Positions 40,647-51,544 are shown, counted from the first letter of the stretch. The stretch is 64,000 bases of DNA from Nitrososphaeria archaeon (GCA_026413865.1 JAOAKB010000004.1:1664-65663), one strand, 5' to 3'. Made by a program: numbers and translations. Notes: generated by a model from the sequence alone, not told the origin.

Positions 40647-42041
40647 CCTCCCCTTTTCTTTGAAAAAGTGAATAGGCTTTCCTACAGCATCTTCAGCAGC
40701 CTCCATTAATGCTTCAGAAATTGTTGGATGAGGATGCATCACAGAAGCCAATTTCCTAGCATCCAAACCCAATTCTACAGCAAGAGAAGCTTCACCAGCC
40801 AATTCGGAAACTTTAGCACCAACCATCTGTATGCCGATAACTCTAAAATCCTTTTTGTCTACAACAATTTTTACAAACCCCTCAGGAGAAGCTTCAGTAA
40901 GAGCCCTTCCTGAAGCATGCAATGGAAACCTGCCTACTGTAACATCAAAGCCATTCTTTCTTGCATCATCTTCACAAAAGCCTACAGAAACTACTTCTGG
41001 CTCAGAAAATATTACATTCGGTACAGCCCTAAAATTGTATTTAGCATTCTTTCCACATATGACTTCAGCGGCAACAAGACCTTGTTTAAAAGCCTTGTGA
41101 GCAAGATACGGTGGACCAGCAACATCTCCGACTGCATAAATGTTCGGAACATTAGACCTTAAAAATTCATCAACCAAAATATGATCCCTACTATCTAATA
41201 GGACACCAGCATCCTTCAAACCAGCTATAGGAGAAGGTCTTCTTCCAGCAGCAACAAGAACCTTTTCAACCCTAATAACTTCTTCTCCATTAGGTAAGCT
41301 AATTTTTGCTTCAACATCACCATCTGTATAAGATGCCTTCGACAATAAGGCACTTGTGTAAACTTTAACACCAAGCCTTGAAAGAGAACGCAAAAGATAT
41401 CTGGAAACATCTCTATCGAAGCCTGGTAGTAGTTGATTCATAACCTCAACTAAGATTACTTTAACATCAAGCTTAGATAGGGCTGAAGCAAATTCTACAC
41501 CAATGGCACCACCTCCAACTATTAGAATACTTTCAGGCAACTCTTCTAGGCTAAAAAAATCTCTTGAAGAAATAATTTTTTTACCATCAAAGGGCAAATT
41601 AGGTAACTGCATAGGTACAGAGCCTGATGCTACAACAACGTTTTCAGTTTCAAGTTCAGAAAAATGTTCGTTAACCTTTAAAGCAACAATATTTCTTGAC
41701 TTTAATAGAGCGTCACCTTCAAAAATATTAACACCATTTTTTTCGCAAAGAAAACGTATACCATTCCTAAGCTGTAAGACAATCTTATTCTTCCAAAAAC
41801 TAAATGTTTGAAAACTGTATTTTGGTTCAGCCAAGACACCAAGGTCTTTTCCACGTTTAGACTTCCAGAAAATGTTAGCGGATTCAATAAAAGCTTTGGT
41901 AGGTATGCATCCATAGTTTGTGCATTCTCCACCAAAATAATGTTTTTCAACCAAGGCTGTCTTTAAACCAAGCTGAGCAAGTCTAATTGCTGCAACATAT
42001 CCAGCTGGACCAGCACCAACAACCACAGCATTATATACCAT
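40629..42041 (-). CDS. lpdA: Dihydrolipoamide dehydrogenase
   Basis: GAGPAGY, GGECTNYGCIPTK redox disulfide, GGGAIGVE, LAHKA, HPHPTISE. Confidence 0.95.
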   Translation of the reverse strand: MVYNAVVVGAGPAGYVAAIRLAQLGLKTALVEKHYFGGECTNYGCIPTKAFIESANIFWKSKRGKDLGVLAEPKYSFQTFSFWKNKIVLQLRNGIRFLCEKNGVNIFEGDALLKSRNIVALKVNEHFSELETENVVVASGSVPMQLPNLPFDGKKIISSRDFFSLEELPESILIVGGGAIGVEFASALSKLDVKVILVEVMNQLLPGFDRDVSRYLLRSLSRLGVKVYTSALLSKASYTDGDVEAKISLPNGEEVIRVEKVLVAAGRRPSPIAGLKDAGVLLDSRDHILVDEFLRSNVPNIYAVGDVAGPPYLAHKAFKQGLVAAEVICGKNAKYNFRAVPNVIFSEPEVVSVGFCEDDARKNGFDVTVGRFPLHASGRALTEASPEGFVKIVVDKKDFRVIGIQMVGAKVSELAGEASLAVELGLDARKLASVMHPHPTISEALMEAAEDAVGKPIHFFKEKGRLGERF

Positions 42042-42122
42042 GATAATGGTTAGAATTAGAAAAAATTAAAGCTTTCCCCAAAAACCTTTTAATAGAGTAA
42101 AAGTGGAGAGCTAGAGAAAAAT

Positions 42123-42695
42123 ATGTGGGAACAGGTTCTAGTCTTAGACTTTGATGGCGTTATAGTAAAACTTAACGTTGAATGGCCAAAAGTTTACAAT
42201 AAGGTTTCAGAGCTAGCAGGCTACCCTGTCACAGACCTTATAACATTCTGGAAAAACACATTTGGAACAGAACTATATTATAAGGCTAACAAAATTATTG
42301 AAGAATATGAGATGATGGCGCTTTCAAAGAGTAGCATATACGCCGATGTTTACGAGGCACTAAAAATTTTTAATGGAACAACCTATCTTGCTTCAATGCA
42401 ATCACAGAAAGTTTTAGAAAGTTTTCTAGAAGAAAATGGGTTAAAATCGTACTTTAAAGAAGTTTTGGGAAGAGAAAGATTTGGAGTAAAAAGAAGACAA
42501 CTGGAATACATTATTGAAAGGGAGAAGGGAAAAAGAATTTACTTTATAGACGACTTGCAGAGAAACCTTGATGATTGCAGCGACCTTGACATAAAATGCA
42601 TTCTGATAAAAAGGTGGGAAGGAGAAAGTCTGCTCCAGAAGATTAAAGAAATATTTGAAATAAGGAAGACTTCAGCATTTTTGGGCTTATTGTAG
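42123..42695 (+). CDS. HAD-superfamily hydrolase
   Basis: LDFDGVI motif I and FIDD...N motif IV. Confidence 0.8.
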   Translation: MWEQVLVLDFDGVIVKLNVEWPKVYNKVSELAGYPVTDLITFWKNTFGTELYYKANKIIEEYEMMALSKSSIYADVYEALKIFNGTTYLASMQSQKVLESFLEENGLKSYFKEVLGRERFGVKRRQLEYIIEREKGKRIYFIDDLQRNLDDCSDLDIKCILIKRWEGESLLQKIKEIFEIRKTSAFLGLL

Positions 42696-43121
42696 ACTTT
42701 TCCAGCTATTATCGGCTGGCCTAAATTTGAACCCATAGCTTATTATTCCTTCCCCATCTTGTTCGAAAAGTTTTCTAAAACAGACTTCTACAGCCATTCC
42801 TATTTTAACTTCTTCAGGTTTACAGTCCACTATCTGTGACATTACCTTTGGACCCTCCTCTAGTTCTACTAGTGCCAAAATGTATGGCGTATATTTTTCA
42901 AACATCTTTGGCGCTGAATGAATTATTGTGTAAGAATATATTTTACCTTTTCCAGAAAATTCTGTTTGAACTATCCTTCCTTTTCTCCTGCATTTGGGAC
43001 AGACCTTTGTTGGAGGAAAGAAGGTGCTACCACAGTTTTCGCATTTTGATCCCAGTAGACGGTACCTTTCTTTTGCTCTTCTCCAATGTGCGGGTGGCGC
43101 AATATGGCTCAACCATTTCAC
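42687..43121 (-). CDS. DUF35 Zn-ribbon/OB-fold scaffold of the thiolase-HMGCS complex
   Basis: CENCG..FFPP..VCPKC, GKIYSYT, IGMAVE..FRK, YGFKF. Confidence 0.93.
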   Translation of the reverse strand: MKWLSHIAPPAHWRRAKERYRLLGSKCENCGSTFFPPTKVCPKCRRKGRIVQTEFSGKGKIYSYTIIHSAPKMFEKYTPYILALVELEEGPKVMSQIVDCKPEEVKIGMAVEVCFRKLFEQDGEGIISYGFKFRPADNSWKSLQ

Positions 43122-44293
43122 CTCCTAGCCAAAATTGTTACTACAGCCGTCGCCCCTGAACCACCTACATTATGTGCTAAACCTATTTCCGCATTGTTAA
43201 CCTGTCTTCCTCTCTCAACTTCACCTCTTAATTGTTTAACAATTTCCACTATCTGCTTAACTCCTGTTGCTCCAACAGGATGACCTGAGGCTTTTAAGCC
43301 TCCGTCCGTGTTTACAGGAAGATTTCCTCCAACATATGTTTGCCCTTCATCACACACCTTCCACCCTTCACCCTTCTTCGCAAAACCTAGGTCTTCTATC
43401 GCAAGCACTTCAGCAATAGTGAAACAGTCATGTACTTCTATCAAGTTTACTTGACTTCTTTCTATATGCGCTAGCCTGAAAGCTTTTTCTGCAGCATTTA
43501 CTGTAGCATCCAATGTACATATGTCTCTTCTTTTAAGCAGACTTAGTGTATCGGAGGCCATTACAGAAGATTTTACTATTATAGGTGTATCGGTATACTT
43601 TCTTGCTATTTCTAAAGGTGCAAGTATCACTAATGCTGCACCATCAGATATCGGACAACAGTCATATTTTCCCAGAGGCTCAGCAACCATTGGCGCAGAC
43701 AACGCTTCCTCCAAACTTATCCTGTTCATAAAGTGTGCTAGAGAATTCATGCTACCATGATAATGATTTTTTACAGCAACCTTTGCCAAAGTTTCCTTCT
43801 TTAAACCATACTCATACATATATCTTCTTGCCATAAGAGCATATATTCCTGGAAATGTTGCTCCAAAATAGGCTTCCCATTCAAAGTCCATTGCACCAGA
43901 AAGTGCTGTTGTAGCATGCTCCTGTTCAACGTCAGTCATCTTTTCAACACCGCCTACGGCAACAATATCATAAAGGCCTGAGGCAACAGCCATATATCCT
44001 TGGAAGAATGCTATACCTCCAGAAGCACATGCACCTTCAACCCTTAATGATGGAATTGGGTTTAAACCAAGAAAATCCGCTACAAGCGCACCTATATGCT
44101 CTTGGCCAACAAACATTCCACCAGACATGTTTCCTACAACAAGGTACTCGATATCCTTTCCACTTATACCAGCTTCTTCAACAGCCTTTACTCCAGCTTC
44201 CCAAGCTAAATCCTTTAGCCCCTTATCCCACTGCTCACCACATTTTGTTGCAGCAGCAGATATTATAGCAACATCCCTTTTCTTATACATCAT
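43118..44293 (-). CDS. Acetoacetyl-CoA thiolase (archaeal mevalonate pathway)
   Basis: VEGACASG, GVEKMTD, DCCPISDGA, EVHDCFT, GHPVGATG, HNVGGSG. Start trimmed from ORF-track 44335. Confidence 0.93.
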   Translation of the reverse strand: MMYKKRDVAIISAAATKCGEQWDKGLKDLAWEAGVKAVEEAGISGKDIEYLVVGNMSGGMFVGQEHIGALVADFLGLNPIPSLRVEGACASGGIAFFQGYMAVASGLYDIVAVGGVEKMTDVEQEHATTALSGAMDFEWEAYFGATFPGIYALMARRYMYEYGLKKETLAKVAVKNHYHGSMNSLAHFMNRISLEEALSAPMVAEPLGKYDCCPISDGAALVILAPLEIARKYTDTPIIVKSSVMASDTLSLLKRRDICTLDATVNAAEKAFRLAHIERSQVNLIEVHDCFTIAEVLAIEDLGFAKKGEGWKVCDEGQTYVGGNLPVNTDGGLKASGHPVGATGVKQIVEIVKQLRGEVERGRQVNNAEIGLAHNVGGSGATAVVTILARR

Positions 44294-44294
44294 A

Positions 44295-45347
44295 TCAACC
44301 TCTGTATAGACACTTGCTTCTCGCATACAATGCATAGTCTATATACTCCTTTCTTTCAACATAATATTTCACAGACGGGGCAAGATTACGCCTCTCCTCT
44401 ATAAGGTCCCTTACTATTATACTGAAAGAGTCCGAACCAGCTCCAGAACCATATGATGTTAAAAGAATTCTTTCACCAGACTTTGCGACATCTAAGACAG
44501 CAGCGAGACCTAAAAGAGATGACCCAGAATAGGTGTTTCCAATCTTTTCTACAACAAGTCCAATACGAACCTGTTCTATTGTAAAACCTAAAATTTTTGC
44601 AGCTCTCAAAGGAAACTTTCCATTAGGCATATGAAATACTACATAATTGTAGTCTGAAACATTTGTTCCAAGCCTTTCCATAAGACCCTTACTAGCTTTT
44701 ACCACATGCTCAAAATATGCTGGCTCACCAGTAAACCTTCCACCATGCCTGGGATATGGTGCACCCTCCCTTCTCCAAAAGTCTGGAACATCTTGTGTAT
44801 AAGAGAATGTACCCTCAATTTCTGCAACCAAATTTTCGCTACCAATAATATATGCTGCAGCTCCAGCTGAGGCAGTATACTCTAGAGCGTCTCCGGGAGC
44901 ACTCTGAGCCGTGTCAGCACCAATGCTCATACCATACTTAATGTATCCTCCCTTAACAAGACCCATACATGCTTGAATACCTGCAGTAGCAGCCTTACAA
45001 GCAAATTCAAGGTCAGCAGCAGTAGTATCTGGTACTATGCCTAAGGCTTCTGCAACCGTTGCAGCTGTAGGCTTAACCGCATACGGGTGAGATTCTGAAC
45101 CAACATATACTGCTCCAATTTCAGATGGTTTAACATCCTTAGCCCTCTTTAAGGCATTTCTTGCAGCTTCAACAGCCAACGTTGCTGTATCTTCATCTAA
45201 TGATGGCACAGACTTTTCTAGGACGCCAAGACCACTTTTTATCGAACCAGCATCATGACCCCACACTCTAGCAATATCTTCAACCCTTATCCTATATTTT
45301 GGAATATATGCACCATATCCGACAATACCTACACTCATAACCTTCAC
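44295..45347 (-). CDS. Hydroxymethylglutaryl-CoA synthase
   Basis: [52 protein letters not shown]. Confidence 0.96.
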   Translation of the reverse strand: MKVMSVGIVGYGAYIPKYRIRVEDIARVWGHDAGSIKSGLGVLEKSVPSLDEDTATLAVEAARNALKRAKDVKPSEIGAVYVGSESHPYAVKPTAATVAEALGIVPDTTAADLEFACKAATAGIQACMGLVKGGYIKYGMSIGADTAQSAPGDALEYTASAGAAAYIIGSENLVAEIEGTFSYTQDVPDFWRREGAPYPRHGGRFTGEPAYFEHVVKASKGLMERLGTNVSDYNYVVFHMPNGKFPLRAAKILGFTIEQVRIGLVVEKIGNTYSGSSLLGLAAVLDVAKSGERILLTSYGSGAGSDSFSIIVRDLIEERRNLAPSVKYYVERKEYIDYALYARSKCLYRG

Positions 45348-45468
45348 TCTTTTACGAATGCCAGCACGCTCTAAAACAACTATTTAAGATTTCTATCTAA
45401 AATAAAATGTTTGGAGAACGACTAATTTTTTGAAAAACTTTTATAGCATTAAACCAAATTTTTATTCG

Positions 45469-46878
45469 ATGATTAAAGATAGCATCTTTAGAGCATATGA
45501 TATTAGAGGAATATATGGTGTCGACATAGACGAGAATGTTGCAAAACATGTTGGAAAAGCACTTGGAACATTTCTAGGTGGAAAAGGCAAAAGCGTAGCA
45601 ATAGGATATGATGTGAGAAAAAGCAGCCCAACACTTAAGAAAGCACTAGTTGAAGGACTTACTTCATCAGGTGTAAACGTATGGGATATAGGGCTAGTGC
45701 CGACACCAACAGTATATTTTGCTATATCACATTTTGGCTTAGATGGCGGTGCCATTGTAAGCGCAAGCCATAACCCACCAGAATGGAACGGATTCAAACT
45801 TTGTAAAGAGAAGGCAATGTTATGCGGCTGGGGCATGGGTTTAGAAAAGATAAAGGAAATAATATCTTCAAAAGCCTATATTGATGGAGAAGCAGGAAAT
45901 GTATTAGACAAGGCCGAGGAAGTGAATAATGTTTACCAAAAGTTTTTGCTTGAAAGGACAAATATTAGGAGAAGACTAAAGGTTTTAGTAGACCCAGGCA
46001 ATGGTTCATGCTCACAATATGCTGACAAAATTCTTGAAAAGGCAAGATTAGAGGTTGTGGCAATAAACAACTTTCCAGACGGAAGTTTTCCAGCACGTTC
46101 ACCAGAGCCAACAGACGAATCACTCAAGGAGGTTAAGAAAATGGTTGTAGAAAATGGATTCGATTTTGCAGTAGCATATGATGGAGATGGAGACCGTGCA
46201 GTCTTCATAGACAACCATGGAAGAGTTATTGAAGGAGACAAGATGCTAGCCCTACTAATAAGACATTTTATACATAAAGCTGATGAAAAGGTTGTCTATG
46301 AGGTAAGCTGCTCAAAACTACTTGACGATATTGTTAAAGAAAAGGGCATTATCCCAATAATATCTAAGGTTGGACATTCATTCATACTTGAGAAAATGAT
46401 TATAGAAAACGCTATATTTGGAGGAGAAATTGCAAGCCACCTATATTTTAGGGACGTGTATGGAGCAGATGATGCAATATATGCAACATTAAAGGTTGCA
46501 GAAATGCTTTCAGCTTCACACGAAAGCCTTGCAGAAATGGTTAACAATCTACCAAAATATCAGACCACAAGAATAGTATTCAGTGTACCAGATGAAATAA
46601 AATTTTTTGTAATAGCAAAGTTAAACACAAAAGTTATTGAAAAAGGTTTTACACCCATTACATTAGATGGAGTAAGGGTAAATTTGGATAACGGATGGTT
46701 TATTGTAAGAGCATCAAATACACTACCACAGATAAAGGCTACAATAGAAGCAAAAGATAGCAACAGCCTATCAAAACTAGAAAATGAGGTAATAAGTCTC
46801 GTAACCGAGTCAGTAAAAGAAGTTAAAGGATTAGACAGAGAAGCGCAAGTAGAATTTAAAAGGGTGTCTATAACATGA
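45469..46878 (+). CDS. Phosphomannomutase/phosphoglucomutase
   Basis: FRAYDIRG, SASHNP phosphoserine loop, DGDGDR, GGEIASH, RASNT. Start set at ATG 45469. Confidence 0.93.
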   Translation: MIKDSIFRAYDIRGIYGVDIDENVAKHVGKALGTFLGGKGKSVAIGYDVRKSSPTLKKALVEGLTSSGVNVWDIGLVPTPTVYFAISHFGLDGGAIVSASHNPPEWNGFKLCKEKAMLCGWGMGLEKIKEIISSKAYIDGEAGNVLDKAEEVNNVYQKFLLERTNIRRRLKVLVDPGNGSCSQYADKILEKARLEVVAINNFPDGSFPARSPEPTDESLKEVKKMVVENGFDFAVAYDGDGDRAVFIDNHGRVIEGDKMLALLIRHFIHKADEKVVYEVSCSKLLDDIVKEKGIIPIISKVGHSFILEKMIIENAIFGGEIASHLYFRDVYGADDAIYATLKVAEMLSASHESLAEMVNNLPKYQTTRIVFSVPDEIKFFVIAKLNTKVIEKGFTPITLDGVRVNLDNGWFIVRASNTLPQIKATIEAKDSNSLSKLENEVISLVTESVKEVKGLDREAQVEFKRVSIT

Positions 46879-47261
46879 GATACAGGCTGATGGATATTCT
46901 AGCATGCCCAATATGCAAAAACTTCCCCCTAAAACTTTACATGTTCGAACAGACTGAACTAAAAATTACAGAAGCACCAAAAAATACATGCGAACTATTC
47001 TGCGCCTACAAGAACATTAAGCCAGAAAACATGGAAAAAAACAGTCTTTTACAAGAATGCATAAAATGTTTAGCATACAATATAAAATGGGGTATAATAG
47101 TCTGTGAAAAATGTGGAAGATGGTACCCAATATCAGAAGAAATTCCAATAATGCTACCGGATGAAATGCGCAAAGTAGAAGACGATATAAATTTCCTAAA
47201 AATGTTCGAGAAAAATGTGCCAGATGATATACTTAAAAAGGGAAAACCACACCATCTTTAA
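46875..47261 (+). CDS. Trm112-family methyltransferase activator
   Basis: MDILACPICK..PL...CEKCGRWYPI.EEIPIMLPD. Confidence 0.88.
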   Translation: MRYRLMDILACPICKNFPLKLYMFEQTELKITEAPKNTCELFCAYKNIKPENMEKNSLLQECIKCLAYNIKWGIIVCEKCGRWYPISEEIPIMLPDEMRKVEDDINFLKMFEKNVPDDILKKGKPHHL

Positions 47262-47372
47262 AAATTTATATAATAGTATAAGAACATACTTTGCAAATGA
47301 AAAGAAACAAGCTTACAAAACCACTAAAATTTTCTATTTATAAAAAATTTTTAAATAGAAAAATCTTATCAT

Positions 47373-47738
47373 TTGATGTGCCAAATAATGGTAATAATTA
47401 CAAAAGGTGAAACTTTGGAATACAAGGCTTTCAAAAAAGTTGTCAAAGACTCCATTGAAACAGGCCTTTCAGTATTAGGAGAAGGTCCAAAAAATGCTAT
47501 AATAACCCACTTTTTAAAAAGAAATAATTTAAAGTCACTAGAAGAAGTAGCAGAATATCCGAGAGAGTTTGAAGAATTTCTAAAATCTGTTTTCGGCTTA
47601 GGAGCACCATACCTTATCAAAACGATAGTTAAAAAAATGTATGAGAGTATTGGAATAGACTATATTTCTACAGAAACAGGATTTGTAGAATCGGTTTCAG
47701 AAATTAAAAAGATGATACAGCCAACAAAAAAGTTATAA
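47373..47738 (+). CDS. DUF3227/NitrOD5-like small helical protein (second copy)
   Basis: DSIETGLSVLGE..KNAI..FL......EEV..YP.EF..FL..VFG.GA..I pattern. Confidence 0.7.
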   Translation: MMCQIMVIITKGETLEYKAFKKVVKDSIETGLSVLGEGPKNAIITHFLKRNNLKSLEEVAEYPREFEEFLKSVFGLGAPYLIKTIVKKMYESIGIDYISTETGFVESVSEIKKMIQPTKKL

Positions 47739-47799
47739 AATTTGGCAACTTTTTAAAAAAGTATATATAATAAAGATAATTTAATTTTTTGGATGAAAT

Positions 47800-48306
47800 A
47801 TGATCAGAAAGATTACTGAAAAGAATCTTACTGAAGGATTTGCTGGAGAAAGTATGGCACACATGAGATATCTAATATTTTCTGAAATTGCGGAGAAAGA
47901 AGGTTTTTCTAATGTTGCAAGACTTTTTAAGGCAATAGCTTATGCAGAATATGTTCACGCAAAAAACCATCTAAACGTTTTAGGAAAAGTTAAGAAGTCA
48001 AAAGAAAATTTGGATGCTGCAATCGAAGGCGAAACATATGAGGTTGAGGAAATGTATCCAGCATTTAAGGCTGTTGCAGAACTTCAGAAAGAGAATCTGG
48101 CTCTAAGGTCATTTGACTGGGCATATAATGCAGAAAAAATACATGCGAAAATGTACGAGAACGCTAAGGCTTCTGTTGAAAAAGGTGTAGACGCTAAAAT
48201 TGGAGACATATACATTTGTCCACTATGTGGATATACTGTAGAAGGTGAGCCACCAGAAAAATGTCCAATATGTGGAGCGAAAAAAGAATCTTTCAAAAAG
48301 TTTTAG
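47800..48306 (+). CDS. rbr: Rubrerythrin
   Basis: FAGESMA, AEYVHA, GETYE..EMYP, EKIHA, C-terminal CPLCGY...CPICG rubredoxin domain. Confidence 0.95.
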   Translation: MIRKITEKNLTEGFAGESMAHMRYLIFSEIAEKEGFSNVARLFKAIAYAEYVHAKNHLNVLGKVKKSKENLDAAIEGETYEVEEMYPAFKAVAELQKENLALRSFDWAYNAEKIHAKMYENAKASVEKGVDAKIGDIYICPLCGYTVEGEPPEKCPICGAKKESFKKF

Positions 48307-48392
48307 GAAAAGTCTGAAATACTCTATTAAACTAAATTTAGCCAACATACATCATACTAAGGGTCAAATAAACCAATTATACCATAATTTTT

Positions 48393-49697
48393 TTAATAAT
48401 TGGATATCAGTCCTGAAAGCTTTAACTGTTCAAACTTTCTTCTAGCATTAAATATTATTTCCCTAGCGTAATCGTATTCCTTTTGCATACTTGTCTTTTT
48501 TCTAGCAAGATCTTCTAAACTTGCCTGATATGCTGCCGCAGCAGCTTCTCTTGGATAAACATCCCATTCTTCCATTGTTGGAACAATATATTCTTCACTT
48601 AGACCCTTTTCTTCAGCCATCTTAGCTATTTCATATGCTGCTGCAAGACACATTCCGTCAGAAATTCCTTTTGCCCTAACATCAAGTGCACCTCTAAATA
48701 TTCCCGGAAACACTAGTGAATTGTTTAACTGGTTAGGAAAATCAGACCTTGCTGTTGCAACAACTTTAGCGCCAGCATCCTTTGCTTCATAAGGCCATAT
48801 CTCCGGTATAGGATTTGCGCAAGAAAATACTATAGGATTATCATTCATTTTCTTTATCCATTCCTTTTTAATAACACCTGGACCCTGCCTTGACATTGCA
48901 ATACACACATCTGCACCATCTAATGCTTCAGCAATACCCCCATCCTTCCCCTCAAAATTAGTTCTCAAACATAGAGCCCACTTATATGGCTCACTTTTTT
49001 CAAGATCTCTCCTGTTCCTACTTAATATTCCCTTACTGTCAACCATCACAATCTTTCCCTCATTAACACCAGCCTTAACAATAAGCCTTTCAACACTAAC
49101 ATTTGCAGCACCAACACCCACCATTGCAACATTAACTTCATCCAACTTTTTTCCAACAACCTTTAAAGCATTAATTAGACCAGCACAGACAATTGTAGCA
49201 GTACCTTGTTGATCATCATGCCAAACAGGTATCGAAAGCTCATGCTTCAACCTTTCCAGCAGGGAAAAGCATTTTGGCTTCTCTATATCCTCCAAATTTA
49301 TACCCCCAAAAGAGGGTTCAACAGCCTTAACAATTCCAACAATCCTTTCCTCATCAGTGGTATTAAGGCATAGGGGAACAGCGTCAACACCACCCAAGTA
49401 TTTGAAGAGAAGAGCTTTACCCTCCATTACTGGAAGAGCAGCTTCAGGCCCAATATTTCCTAAACCAAGAACTCTAGTACCATCAGAGACTACAGCTATA
49501 GTGTTCCACTTTAATGTTAAGTCAAAAACTCTATCCCTTTCAGCCAATATTGTCTTACATACTTCAGCAACACCAGGAGTATACCATACTGCAAAATCTT
49601 CTAAACTAGAAATCCAGCACTTTGGAATAGTCTCAATTTTTCCTTGATAATATGCATGCAGTTTAACAGCATCCTTACCAGAAACATTATCATCCAA
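48393..49697 (-). CDS. NAD(P)-dependent malic enzyme
   Basis: YTPGVA, SDGTRVLGLGNIG, VMEGKA, INLEDI, HDDQQGT, ANPIPEI, NNSLVFPG. Confidence 0.95.
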   Translation of the reverse strand: MDDNVSGKDAVKLHAYYQGKIETIPKCWISSLEDFAVWYTPGVAEVCKTILAERDRVFDLTLKWNTIAVVSDGTRVLGLGNIGPEAALPVMEGKALLFKYLGGVDAVPLCLNTTDEERIVGIVKAVEPSFGGINLEDIEKPKCFSLLERLKHELSIPVWHDDQQGTATIVCAGLINALKVVGKKLDEVNVAMVGVGAANVSVERLIVKAGVNEGKIVMVDSKGILSRNRRDLEKSEPYKWALCLRTNFEGKDGGIAEALDGADVCIAMSRQGPGVIKKEWIKKMNDNPIVFSCANPIPEIWPYEAKDAGAKVVATARSDFPNQLNNSLVFPGIFRGALDVRAKGISDGMCLAAAYEIAKMAEEKGLSEEYIVPTMEEWDVYPREAAAAAYQASLEDLARKKTSMQKEYDYAREIIFNARRKFEQLKLSGLISNY

Positions 49698-49826
49698 TTT
49701 TTATCCACAAAGGGTTGAATGCCACATACTTATATATCTATAACATGAACACCCCTTTTTAGAGAATATTTTAAAATTTTTAGAAAAGATTAAATTTTGC
49801 CAAACTAAAATTTTAGTTGACCAAAA

Positions 49827-50048
49827 ATGAAACTTAAGCTCTTTAGTCCACTCTCTGAAATCTTAGGTTTTAAAGAGAAGGAGATAAGATTGTCTGGAAA
49901 GGTTAGGATAAATGATATTCCAGAACTTTCTAAAATCAAGCTTGAAGAATATGTTATTTCATTAAACAAGGTTAGGGTTGTTTCAGCTGACACAGAAGTA
50001 GAAGATAAGGACGAGATATGGATATTGCCTCCAATAGACGGAGGATAA
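49827..50048 (+). CDS. MoaD/ThiS/SAMP ubiquitin-like sulfur carrier
   Basis: 73 aa beta-grasp pattern ending DEIWILPPIDGG (C-terminal GG). Confidence 0.88.
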   Translation: MKLKLFSPLSEILGFKEKEIRLSGKVRINDIPELSKIKLEEYVISLNKVRVVSADTEVEDKDEIWILPPIDGG

Positions 50049-50199
50049 ACTAGCCAAACCAACGTCTAGAAAAATTCAGCATATAGAAAGAACAGTACCC
50101 ACATACCATAACCCTTAACCTTGAAGTGTACAGCGCCTCTAATTGATTTAATATACAAATATGATGACACACTATAATATAAGCGATCCTTTTAGAAGA

Positions 50200-51465
50200 T
50201 CACCATAGAACCATACTATCCTCTAAGACTCTTTCCAAAAATTTTACATTAACAGCTATAGGACTTAGTGCAATAAGCCTCTTCTGTAAAAGAGCCTTTT
50301 CAGCTAAAACATGCAAGTCTGATCGTCTAAAGCCAAGCTCACTTAAACCATTTGGAAAATCTAAGATACGCATGAAATTTGTGATAATTTCATAGATGTC
50401 GACATCATATTCCTTGTAGCCAAAAAGATAGCATATATTACCAATTTTTTCAACCAAATATGGTGTCAGCGATCTAAAGGTTGCAGGAGCAGTTATAGAA
50501 ACAGCAAGACCATGTGGAACCTTAATATTTTTTTCTAAAGCTTCACCAGCAATAGGATACGATAGAGCATGACATATATGTACACCAGCATTGCCAAAAG
50601 CCAGACCAGCTATTGTTGCTGCAACATGCATATTTGACCTAGATTCAAGATCATTACCATTAGAGTAGGCTTTTGGAAGATATTTTCCAATAAGAGTTAT
50701 TGCAGATTCGGCTAAAGTATCAGTTAGAGGATTGGAACCACAGTACACAGGCCTTTCAGCAATACTTGAAGGCATAGGCCTAGTATTATATGGTATTGTA
50801 GTATAGGCTTCTAAAGCATGCATTAGAGCATCCATACCAGTAGTGGCAGTAACCTTCTGGGGCATAGTAAATGTGACTAGGGGATCCAAGATAGCCATGG
50901 TGGGCCTCAAATAGTCATCAGAGATACCGAATTTAACCTTCTTTTCGGGAAAAGATACTACAGCCACACTTGTAGTTTCACTCCCTGTTCCAGAAGTTGT
51001 GGGAACAGCAATAAGAGGCTTTAGGGGTCCAGGAACCTTTAATCCTCTACCAAAAGGTTGTGCAAAATAGTCTAAAAAGTCTGTGGGATATGTAGTGTAA
51101 AGGTTTATTGCCTTAGCAGTATCAATTGCACTTCCACCACCTAATCCAATAAAGCAATCATAAGGCTTCTTTTTAGCAAAATCTATACCCTTTAGGATAG
51201 ATTGATGTGATGGTTCAGGTTCTACACCATCCCAAACATCCACTTCAACATTTTTATCACGTAAGCTGGAAACAACTCCTTCAACTACGTTAGTATTTTC
51301 TTTCAAAAAACTGTCCGTGACAATTAAAGCTTTTTTTACACCAAGTTTAGAAACATCATAACCTATCTCTTTCAAGACACTCAATCCGAACTTTATTGGA
51401 ACAGACCTAAACCAGAACGCATAATCTATAGGCAAACTAGAGCCAAACATAATATTCCCTACCAT
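50200..51465 (-). CDS. Hydroxyacid-oxoacid transhydrogenase (Fe-ADH family)
   Basis: GGGSAIDTAKAINLYTTYP.DFLDY...P.G.G..VPGPLKPL, PTTSGTGSETT, RPVYCGSNP, FGNAGVHICH. Confidence 0.88.
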   Translation of the reverse strand: MVGNIMFGSSLPIDYAFWFRSVPIKFGLSVLKEIGYDVSKLGVKKALIVTDSFLKENTNVVEGVVSSLRDKNVEVDVWDGVEPEPSHQSILKGIDFAKKKPYDCFIGLGGGSAIDTAKAINLYTTYPTDFLDYFAQPFGRGLKVPGPLKPLIAVPTTSGTGSETTSVAVVSFPEKKVKFGISDDYLRPTMAILDPLVTFTMPQKVTATTGMDALMHALEAYTTIPYNTRPMPSSIAERPVYCGSNPLTDTLAESAITLIGKYLPKAYSNGNDLESRSNMHVAATIAGLAFGNAGVHICHALSYPIAGEALEKNIKVPHGLAVSITAPATFRSLTPYLVEKIGNICYLFGYKEYDVDIYEIITNFMRILDFPNGLSELGFRRSDLHVLAEKALLQKRLIALSPIAVNVKFLERVLEDSMVLW

Positions 51466-51544
51466 CTATTGTTTAAGATAAATATAAAGTTAAACCTAAA
51501 GTGAACAAAGAAAATTATTAGAAAATGGGGAACCAGGTCGAACC

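Noticed and set aside
42687..45347. HMGCS-thiolase-DUF35 cluster as a novel system
   Set aside because: This is the well-established archaeal mevalonate-entry complex.
50049..50199. Possible C/D-box sRNA (ATGATGA at 50161) or a small CxxC peptide on the minus strand
   Set aside because: No CTGA D box at a suitable distance downstream. The 19-aa ORF has no supporting signals.
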